Shown here piece by piece: positions 42,301 to 54,300 of a DNA stretch of 64,000 nt. Within the stretch, counting starts at the first letter, position 1; every line of letters begins with the position of its first letter. The stretch covers positions 133,610,001-133,674,000 of the forward strand of contig NW_026262668.1 in the NCBI RefSeq assembly GCF_021869535.1, given 5' to 3'. Source of the DNA: Mytilus californianus (taxonomy: Eukaryota). The position numbers and the translations under genes are program-made. A model generated the notes under the pieces. It saw only the letters and a list, made by a program, of their open reading frames with translations, had not been told where the DNA came from and ran no database searches.

Positions 42301-45300
42301 TTGGAAGTCTTAAAACAGTATATATAAAAATAAAATGATGTTGTATGATTGGCAATGCAACAACCTTCCACCAGAGACCAAATGATTTAGAAGTAACGGT
42401 AAGCAAGTAAAAGTCACAAACTTAACAATATAATGACATTGTATACCTCCATTTTCATTAATTCAAACAATGCATCTTATGTTACTTTCAAATATCTACG
42501 CGGAGAGTACGACTTCAACTCAATGATGCTTGACAAAAATACACGGATTTAGTTGTTCCGTCTGTGTTCATATCTTAAATGTAATCAAGTCATATTACGG
42601 TTTTAAAAAACATGCGTTTTTTAAAACGAAAGTTAGAATATTTCAGTATGTTATTGCGATAATAAAGAGTCAAAAGCACACGTAAATCTGCTGGTGCTTT
42701 ACTCTTCAAACGATGCACCGTCAGTTGACAGAAATATTTTTGTACAAACTAATGTCAGTTGACGGAATCCATATCGAAAGTACATAGTTTTCATGTCAAT
42801 CATTGTCTGAATGTCCCCAATGATTACTTTTATTGCCTTACGTTTCAAAGTTTAAAGTGATCTAACACAGGATTTAACATATAAATAGTCCAGCTTTTTA
42901 CCGTTATTCATCATGAAGGTACCCCCATTACAACCCTCGAGTACGGAACTAATAATTCGTTGCTGTCAATCATTCATGAAACATTTAAAAAAATGACCGT
43001 TTGACGCCTGACGGAAAAGGGCATTCCTACCCTTGTACTATTGTGAACAACAGCAAATCAATGATTCACGATTTTGGCCAAGCACATACAGAAAATGAAC
43101 AGGTTTGACAAGTGTCAACAAGTGCTCAAAACCCAATCCCTGACCAGGACAAATCTGCATTGGATATATTTAGCATTTTTCAATATATGTTTATAATAAG
43201 AAAAACAAGTAACTGTACACAACTATAACAATTCCTGATTAACTGATTGATGTTGGTATTAAACCCTACTTTAAGCACACTTGACTTAAATCATGGTGGC
43301 CAGTTTTTTTTATACGAAGGAAGTCAGAATACCCAAAGTGAACTATCTACCATTGACAGAAAAACTTTCAAGTGAAACCTAATCAATTACTAATACACCT
43401 TATCGCTAATCCCGCTTGACCCGAGAATCTGTCCCGCTCGAACTTTTGACGTCATACAACAATCACTTTTCCATTGTGGCGTCAGACATTTTGTATTATG
43501 ACGTCAAAATTTTACGGGAACCTGTGTGATGTCCAGTAATGGCGGACAAATAGCGATAAGGTGTATTGCTTGCATCAAGTTGACCATGCTGAGGCGAATG
43601 TATGGAATTATGGAAAATTTGATTTGAATCAACAGTATTTGTAGATTTTTATGTTTAGTATAGTCAGTTTTGGTTGAGACATGAGTATTATTAAAGAATA
43701 TTATTTTTGGAAGAAAAAAATACGTCGAAAGCAATAATGGGACAGAGCAGGCTGGGTTGGTGTGGGCTGCTTTCATTGTAATTCAAGTTACCTTTTATGC
43801 ACCTTCTTCCACCTCAGAGCTATCAGCTCTTTGATTGGGTTTCTCTTAGTAAAAGCATGGACTTTGCAATGACTTTTTGTGAGCTTTCCTTGCAGGACTT
43901 CTAATTTTATATTACATAATGATTTGTATGATCTTTACTATTATTTTGCATCAGGTTGTAGTAGTGTACCGTCACCAATATCTTTCCTATTTGGATGTCA
44001 CTTGAGCAGTGATTGCCAAGGGATTGAGTGTTGTGTCTGATCTTTACTTTATCTTCCATCAGGTTGTAGTAGTGTACCGTCACCAATATCTTTCCTATTT
44101 GGATGTCACTTGAGCAGTGATTGCCAAGGGATTGAGTGTTGTGTCTGATCTTTACTTTATCTTCCATCAGGTTGTAGTAGTGTACCGTCACCAATATCTT
44201 CCCTGTCTGGATGTCACTTGAGTAGTGATTGCCAAGGGATCGAGTGTTGTGTCTGATCATTACTTTATCTTCCATCAGGTTGTAGTAGTGTACCGTCACC
44301 AATATCTTCCCTATTTGGATGTCACTTGAGCAGTGATTGCCAAGGGATTGAGTGTTGTGTCTGATCTTTACTTTATCTTCCATCAGGTTGTAGAAGTGTA
44401 CCGTCACCAATATCTTCCCTATTTGGATGTCACTTGAGTAGTGATTGCCAAGGGATCGAGTGTTGTGTCTGATCATTACTTTATCTTCCATGAGGTTGTA
44501 GTAGTGTACCGTCACCAATATCTTCCCTATTTGGATGTCACTTGAGCAGTGATTGCCAAGGGATTGAGTGTTGTGTCTGATCTTTACTTTATCTTCCATC
44601 AGGTTGTAGTAGTGTACCGTCACCAATATCTTCCCTATTTGGATGTCACTTGAGCAGTGATTGCCAAGGGATTGAGTGTTGTGTCTGATCTTTACTTTAT
44701 CTTTCATCAGGTTGTAGCAGTGTACCGTCACCAATATCTTCCCTGTCTGGATGTCACTTGAGCAGTGATTGCCAAGGGATCGAGTGTTGTGTAGGCACAA
44801 ACTTCATCTCAGGCTCCAGGAATGTAAAAACCATGCTGAAAATTTCACAGTGTGATGTGATGGATGGGAACATAGAGCGAAAGACCTGGACAAAAAGTGG
44901 ACTTGATTCTTTAACAGGTATTTATATATCAAGGAAATGTTTTAATGGTAAAGACATGACTATATGAGCAAGAAACAAGTTTTTAAAAAGTTTGATATTG
45001 ACAGCTGCTGCTTTAAAGAAAAAATCTCTTTCAAATTTCTGGACATAAAAATTGAAAGAGTATAAAATATTTTTAAGAAGTCAAAGTATCTAAATTTGTA
45101 ATTAAAAATATTCTATTCTTCAGGATCTTCTGTATCGGAGAAAGTAAATGATGTATTTGATTTAATGGTTGATGTCATAGAATCCTCATCATCCTTGTAC
45201 AAGGTCACTTTGTCCTTGAAGACTTGTTATATAAAGGACATTGGCTGTCAGACCTTAACTCTAGCAGAGGAAGTAACCTTAATCAGACCTACATGTACTA

Positions 45301-48300
45301 GTGGTAAGAGGAGAAGGAGGAGGAGGAGTGTGGATGGGTAAGATTGGTTTTTATCACAATGTTTAACCATATTGAAAATATCTTACAGACATATAAGGAG
45401 TGTTTCCATATTCTTCATCCATCTCGTGATAAATTCATGTCCATATAACATGTTTTTATGCCCCTGCCATAGCGGAGGGGTTATTAAGGTTTACTTTGTC
45501 TGTCTGTCCGTCCATATGTACGTCCCAAATTGGTTTCTGTTCTCTAACTTTAGTTTGCCTCAACCAAATGTTATGAAACTTATACACAATGCTTATTACC
45601 ACAAAACTCAGATCAAGTTTTAATTTTGCTAGTGTCATTTACCATTCTGGAGTTATAACGTTATATGCAAGCGGGAGCATCATCTGTGTCCCATGGACAC
45701 ATTCACCATTTATTGTCTATTATAAAGCATACAATTTAATTCTACAGTTTTGCAAAGAAAACATGAAATAATCAACATGACTTCTGTTTTAGATTAAATC
45801 TTGCTGATCTAAAGACTGGACTTAGAAATCTATTGGAAAGAGGTGCATCATCAGCTGAAATTAAAGATTACATGTCAGATGTTAAAAATTTGGAAGTAAG
45901 TTTTCATTCTTCAGAAATAAAAAAATGTTGTTTCATTATGAGATGTGCACCAGGGAAATAAGTTGCAAGTTATTGTTTTTAGCTCACCTGGCCTAAAAGG
46001 CCAAGTGAGCTTTTCTCATCACTTGGCATCTGTCGTCGTCCATAGTTGTCGATGTTAACTTTTACAAAAATCTTCTCCTCTGAAACTACTAGCCCAAATT
46101 TAACCAAACTTGGCCACAATCATCATTGGGGTATCTAGTTTAAAAAATGTGTCAGATGACCCGACCTGCCAACCAAGATGGCCGACATGGCTAAAAATAG
46201 AACATAGGGGTAAAATGAAAGTTTTGTCTATTATTTTGAAACTGTTATAAATAGAGAAAATCTAACTGGGACAGGGCAAAAAATGTTCAGAATGATGAGC
46301 TCTATCAATTGTCCATATTCGTCAAAACTATCAGACAACTTCTTATAGGAGTTATTTCCCTTAAATGACAAATTTTACCATTTTTGTTCATTTTTGCCTA
46401 TAATCTTGAAAACTATAATAGATAGAGAGAAACTTTAAATTGCAAAAATGATCAGCATGACAATTTCTACAAATAAGTCTGTGTGGTCAAAATCGTCTGT
46501 CGAATTTTCATTAGAGTTATATCCCTTTGATGATGATTTTTACCATTTTTTTGCATTTTTGCCTTATATCTTAAAAATTATAATAGATAGAAAGAAACTT
46601 AAATTAGCATAAATGATCAGCAAGACAAGATCTATAATTAAGACATTATAGAGGAAATCGTTCAACAATTCCTTATTGGAATTATTGCACTTTGATGATG
46701 ATTTTTACAATTTTTTTTGCGTTTTGCCTTATATGTTAAAAATTATAATAGATCAATAGACACTTATATCACAAAATTGATCAACAAGGCAAGTTCTACT
46801 AACAAGTCAAATTTTGCTGATATAGTTAGTAGACTGTCACTATTTGTAGGAGTGATTGCCCTTAAATTAGGATTTTTTTTTACCCTTTTTAAAGTTTTTT
46901 GTGTTGTGAGCAAAAACTAAAAGAAAAAAGGGACACTAAACAAACTGAATGATCAGCAATACAAGATCAACAAAACAGATTTTTGTCATGAATTCTGTTC
47001 TCGTCTACAATGTTGAAGAGTGTCCTTTGTTGAATATGCACATAGACCAAGGTGAGCGACACAGGCTCTTTAGAGCCTCTAGTTTATATGATTTCGGAAT
47101 AATAATTTTATAAAATTTTACATTCTTTGTATTTGAAATTTTCCTGTCGATAGAAATGGTCCTATCTTTTAAATGATGTCATAATTTATCACCTAAAAGT
47201 TAAGTATTTACAGAATATTTATGTGACTTTTCCTTTAAAAATTATGATTTTAGGGTTTGATCACAAGCTTTGGAACTTATACCCTAAATGTTAAGTATTT
47301 ATTATGCTGAAAACAATTGAAAATTAATAATAGTTGCTGGTAACTTGCATGGATTTTGCGTTCTCTTTTGGTTTTTGTTTTTCATTATTTTCTTGCTAGT
47401 CCCTAGACAAGCTGAAGTCATGTTAAGGCATTATGAGTCTTGGATGGAATGATTAATTTGATTGAATTCCTTGTAGACTGAAGAAATAATGAAAAACCTT
47501 CAAGTAAAAAGTCTAGACGTTAAAGATACCACTACTGGACTACAGTCTACTATGAAAGCCTTGGGACAAGATAATCCTTCAACATTGTCTGTACTTTGGT
47601 CTAATGACAAAGGAGTAGAGGTGAAGGGAGGTAACTATTGCTAAATATAAAGGTTTACTGCAAGTAATGTTGATTTCAACTTCACAATTTAAAAGAACCA
47701 TTGTAAATCATGATGGGAAACCCAAACAATTGAATATTTCATATACTGGGATATCTATTCTCCCATATGTAGGTATATCCTTTTTTTCATCGAAAAATAT
47801 GAAAGACAGACCTAAATTGTTGTAAATTTTACCCCAATTCTCTGAAATTGGTGGATAGAAGGGAGAAATGCTGAAATATTAGTTACAGACGTTAGGATGA
47901 AAACATTTATTTCATGTGAATTCAGAGCATAATTTAATGTCGGGAATTTTATTTAGACATATCATTATCAAGGGTCAGGAAAGAACAGATTATTTTACCT
48001 TGATGTGAGGTTTTTGTTGCTACCCTTCATTGTGTAAATTTCACCTGTTGCACTTTGAATTACTCACTGACGAATTCTGTAACATCAACTTACATTTATT
48101 GAAAACATTGTAGGTAAAGGTGTTGTTGGTATGCTGTCAACAGCAACAGATATTCTAGGTCGTGCCGACCAGGCATTTGTTGTTGGTAAAGGACTTTCTA
48201 ATGCTGGCGTAGAATTACTGGGACAGAAGCTGGCAAACATGACAATAGGAGACATCAAAGCCATGCTAGATTTGAAAAATATGGACCCTCTTGTTGTAGC

Positions 48301-51300
48301 TGAGCTTATAGGACAGATTAAAGATTTGGCTATAGCTTTGGTTAGCATATAACCTGTTGATTAATGTCATTGTAGATATACAATCCAAGAGAAGGGCATG
48401 GTGTATCAGTTTATGACACAAAATCTCTACACACACATAAAATAAACAGATGCAAAGGAAAAATGCTTTTATTGCTGTTCTTCATCTAAAAGTCAATGAG
48501 GTTCTCAACATAGAGTAAGATGTCTCATGTTAATGTAAGTTTAAGACAGCTCCTAGCAACAGTTTGAGTAGAATTTGTTGATAGATTTCAATCAACCTTC
48601 ATCTGTTCATTAAAGAAAACAGCTAGAGGGTGATATCAACAGACTATAAATTACATCAGGCAAAGAAATAGAACAAATACTGTCATAAACTGCTTGGCAA
48701 TTAATTAGTACAGAAACAATGCAAATATTTAGACAACCAAGGTTTATCTTACATAACATAAACTTAACTGTGCTTCAATCATCCAAACAGTATCTGCTTT
48801 CAATTTCTAAGTTCTTGCTCTGGAATGTTTAGAAATTAAATCAAACTACTTATTTTTAATCTATTATTGTCCCTTTTATCAAATGTCCTATACCACATGC
48901 TTATTTTTCAGTTGTCTGAATTTGTCAGCAAGGTTCTATCTGATCCAAGTAATATGTTTAAATCTGAAGACTTTGTAGTAAAAGGAGATGTATCGTTTCC
49001 AAGAACAAATGTAAATTTCTTCCGATATGTTCAACCAATTCCTGTTGGACCATTGATCCTTTGGCTTAGTAAGTTGGATATATTTAACCTTATAAATATG
49101 TAACTGAAGAAAAGTTTACAAATTTCACAATTGATAACCCGATCAGTTAAAATAAATAATGATAAACTGTAAGGCATTGCAAATTTAATTAAAAGCATGG
49201 TTTGTGTTTGGATTATTTATAAACCATTTACCCATCTATAGAATTTGTTAAATTTTGTACTATGACACAAACCAAAATACAGACCATGTATCTTATGGTA
49301 AATTACAGCAACTTAACCTGGTCATTGTTACTGTGCTTATACAATAGACTTTATCATTTTCAAATACACATTGTCAAAATTTTGTTCTTATTTGCAGTTT
49401 GAATGAATTCATTTCTTTAAAATTGATCAACTGTAAATTAAATAAATATTAGCAATAGCCAGAGGTTATTTGGATCAATGTTGATATACTGCAAGACTTA
49501 CATATAATGTTTGGAAGGCTATATGCTATGTCCTAAAATCTGTGAACTCCAAGCCATATTGGGGACTAGAAAGTGAACACAGAATTAAAAACGGACTGGA
49601 AATACCTTTTATCTTTACTACCTTTCTTTTATTTTGATGCTTACAATGTATTTCAATGAGTTATCGGGCAATTGATTTTCAGAATTTGGATGTGGTGCTT
49701 ACTATGGAATGAAATTTGAAGTTGGTGCAAAGATTATGGCAATGAAAGCATTTGCTGGTATAACACCTTATGGTGGAGCTCATGCTTGGGGATCAATTAG
49801 TATCTGTTTTGGTCCTTTATGTGGAGTCCTCAGATTAGATGGCTATGTGATGGAATTAAGATTCCCTACAACTGCTGAAGTAGGATTCAGCAAGTTTCCA
49901 TTAGATATTGGGTTAGTATGTCTGAATTTATAATAGTATTGCACTCAATCTAAAGATATAAGAATAAGGACTTCTGTTATGATTGTCAATGCAACATATC
50001 AGAAGCAACGAGCTTGACTCGTTAGATCTACATTAATCTGTTTGAACAACAAACAAAATGACAAAAGATAAAATACATCTGTTTCTTTTGAAGCTTTATT
50101 AGACCTTATTGAAGAAAGCCATACAATGACATATAATTGCTTACCGTCATAGCTTTTGGTCTCTTGTGGAGAGTTGTCTCATTGGCAATCAAACCACATC
50201 TTCTTATTTTTTATATTAAATTTTTAATTAATTGTTTTGAGATGAAACTGCATGTTATCTGGTCTTAGTATTACTAAATATCCCTGTCTACTTGTTTGCC
50301 TATATAGTGATCTGGCTTTTTACGTTTGGAATTCAATTAAGGTCAAGGAACAGTAAATGGACTTGGTTTCAAATTTTGATTGAATTTTGAATACAACTTT
50401 GGCACATTGAACTTTAACTAAAAATTAAGAAAAATGTATTCATCAATTTTATTTTCTGTAAATGATTTTTTTCAAGTTACAATATAAGAATGAGAGATGT
50501 GGTATGATTGCCAATGAGACAACTATCTACCATAGTTAAAATGAAGTGGTAGTAAGCAATTATAGGCCATGATATGTCCTTCAATAATGAGAAAAACCCA
50601 TTTTATATCTTCAAATGATGTGGTATTGTGAAAGGACACGGCCTTCCCAATTAGCACAGTAATAATATTTTTCATTCATTAGGTTATCAATGTATTTGGA
50701 ACTTATACCACTACAACTTCAGCTGTCTGGGAAGGTCACCTTGGAGATTGATTTAGCGTTTACTAGTTTTACCATGACATTGTTTAAAGCAGTACTTTGG
50801 AGATATAGAACTGCTACAATACGTAAAAAGATATTTGATAATCGTTCGGGTCAACAAGATACCACAGCACCAGAAGTGTCATCTTTCACAGATGATCCTG
50901 ATAACATGGTTAGTTTGTATTTCTGTAGGGATTTATCCACATTATTGTAATATCTTAGTAATCACTTTAAATTCTTTACTTCTTACAATTCTAAACTGTG
51001 TCTGACAAAAGCAATAACAGTGCATTTAAGTTGAGCCACTCGTAAATTAAGTTTATATAATAATGTAATGTTGATTGAAGCAGGTTCTAGTTGTATTTTA
51101 TAGTTACTACAGTTTTGAAGAAACTTTTGACTGAAGATATAATATTAATGTGTGTGTATATATAAATGATATATGCTGATAGGATACAGAGATGATTTTT
51201 GCTATATACATTCTGGAGCTACCAAGAGTTCTAGCTGTGAAAATAATAATATTTTAATGCAGCTGTATTAATTGCGATAAAAATTAGTTAAATAGTATAA

Positions 51301-54300
51301 CATGGAAAAATTAAAGCATTTAGTTTATTTGAGATATTGTCCAGAAAGTGTATAACTTAATATTGTAAACAACTATCAACTTGTATTTACAGGCAAAGAG
51401 ATCAACACCATCTTGTACAGTCTCACAAACACCATTCTTAGACTACACAGAATCGGAATTTCAGATCTCTATACGGGCTGAAGATGATAGATGTCAAGTT
51501 CGTCTCTATCTTAATATAGGAACAGTTCCTTGGACATCAGATGTATTACACCGATTTGAGCTTGGAGGTCCATCCACTATTGTAAAGGAGGTCAGTTTTT
51601 AAAAATAAGAAACACATGCATAATTGCCATTTTTTAAATGGGGAAGATGAGTACCATGGATCAACAAAAAACATTACAAAAACAGAACACCATGGTCAAA
51701 AGAAAAAAAAATGGCCTTCATCTCTTTAGGGACCCAGCCCATAAAGAGTTATTCTATACTATCTAGCCTAACCCTTGCCCTTACCTAAAACTAAACCTAA
51801 ATTATAACCCTTACCTAATACAAACCATAACCCTAAACTGAACCCTTTCCCTTAAGGTGGTACCCAACACCTTGACTAAAATTAATTTGGCTCGTTTAAT
51901 TTTCATAAAATTTTGACAAAATATTTACTTTGACCCTTTGAAAAAAATATATAAATTTCAAAAAACTTGAACCAATCACTTTCTCAGAAAAATTTCATTG
52001 GATATATAGCAGTTTGACAAACACTAATTTTAATCATTGAGAAGCTTAATATTTTTTTAACAATACAACGTAATTAAAATGTTTAGCTGATTTTACAGAG
52101 TTATCTCCCTGTAGTGTTAGGTACCACCTTAAGAACAGGGTCACCTAAAATGATGGACAAAAGATGAAAAGTGAAAGAGCAGTCCACAAAATACAATATA
52201 GAAAGCTAAAGATAGAGCAACATAAACATATGCCTGTCTTTAACATCGTTTGTCAATCATTGAGGGTATTCATAAGTAGTATCAAAAGTCATTAGTCAAA
52301 AGGGATATAAACTTAAATAACACCAGAAAGCTATAAATAGAAGACGTGAGAATATACCTAATGGGGAAATCTCAAGTCAAAGAAAACAATTCTAAAAGTT
52401 AACTATTATAGTTCTCTTTTCCTATCAACCTACTCATAAGTCATATTAAAGGACCTTTAAAAATCAAATATCATTAGAGAGGAAAAAGTTGAAGCTTTCA
52501 AAAACAATGCTTTCATAATTTGTAATTATTAAATAAATAGTTTTGCAAAAAATAAACAAGGAAAAATAAATTTTTACAGAAATTGAAGAATGAAGGGACT
52601 GGAGTTCCTATTTATTTTACAATGATTGCTGAGAATAACTCTGGTCAGAAATCTGAAGCCTACTGTTCCTTGTCTACATATGATGTAACTGTTCCTGGAG
52701 GAAGATTCCAGGAGGAATTTATGTCAACAAGTAACCCTGATGAACTAAGAGCTTATGTTACCGTTTATGAAGACTCGGAATTGACAAAAACTCTAGTTGG
52801 AGTGGGCTATGGAAAAGATATTTATGGAGACCAGACAGTAGCGTGGAATGATGTTGATTTAGATCATCATGAAATTAATGACAACTTAGGTATGTATCTG
52901 ATAATAAATGACCTCAATTCACAGTTTTATCACCTTTACCAATATGTTAGAGGGCATTTTGTTTTATCCCTGTCTGTTCACCTAATTCCTCTTACGGTTT
53001 TCAAGATGCAATCTTTTTTGTTTGCTTAATATTTGTATATGCATATTGTGAAGGTTTTAATTTCATATGGTTAAAATAACAGTTGTTAAGTATGATTTAT
53101 TGTGTAATATTTCATATTGATATGATTTCTGTCTGTACAACAAGTGGTCATGAAAAAAATTCTTCAATTTGGAAAGCTAAAAATTAAACAGTGTCAGCAC
53201 AAAAACCAAAAGGGTCATGCTAAAAGATTGTTAATCCACCAAACTTCTTTTCAATTTCAGGCTAGAACTATTTCACTTGGAATAGTATTAGTTAATGTAC
53301 CTAATCTTGCTTATTTTCAAGATTTTGATTTTCTTCAGAATGAAATTTGTAAACTCTAAGATGTTTCTTGTAATTGATTACAGGTGATGATCCATTCAAT
53401 AGGAAGGTGTTGACAGAAATGTTTACTGGACCAGTTACTGGCAGACTCATTGGACCTAAAGCTGCAAAGAACACCATTAAATATTCTCCTGGTGATTGTG
53501 CCAGAGCTTGTGCAGACCTCCCACTCAGTAAATGTATGAGCTTTAATTATGACTTTGGCACGGCTGAATGTGAACTTATGGAAGCCATAGAGGGACATCA
53601 CTATACAAAGTCTAGGTCCAGATTGTTTGAACACTATGAAAGACTTGGCATAGGAAAGTCCAAACGATTCATATATGAAAATATGAATCTACTCCATAAC
53701 AAAGTACATTATTTTAACTTCAGGATTGTTAACGTTTTGGGATATGAAAGTATATTAACGAGCGAAGGAGTTCTTGTTGATATAACTACACCAGAAACAG
53801 GTTTGTTGATGATTAGATATAGAAAAATAAATTGAGAGAATTAGCATAGATAGATACATCACTTCTACCACAGTAGTTAGGATTCTTGATGAAATTCCAC
53901 TTTACATTGATACAATAAACATCTTTTATATGGTTATACAATATGTGTCATATTTGAAATTTTGATTGTTATTATGTTAAAAATTTAATTGACTTAGTGA
54001 TATGGTATTTGTCAAAAGCTTAGTACCCTATTCATATGCTGTTCTTTCTATAAATTTTCAGATTTCTATTGAATTTCCTTAAAATATGTTATTTTAATGT
54101 AAAGTTTGAAATGAGGATGTGCACTCTATACATAAGAGGTATGAAGTTTAAAGATTAAAAAGTTTGTATTTCATGTTCTGGCATAATTGTAATGTAGTAA
54201 ATAAAATAATTTCTGTTTTTATATGTTTAAGTTGACATTTCAAACATGCTTTCTTTCCCTTTAATTGTTTGGTATTTTTATTTAATTGTCCAATCCTGTA

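Noticed and set aside
43907-44800. 297-aa minus-strand repetitive ORF
   Set aside because: Antisense shadow of the 108-bp acceptor array.
48085-48348. 87-aa minus-strand ORF
   Set aside because: Exact antisense of exon 41; no independent evidence.
51765-51850. Degenerate CCCTAA-like run
   Set aside because: Too short and irregular to call an interstitial telomeric repeat.
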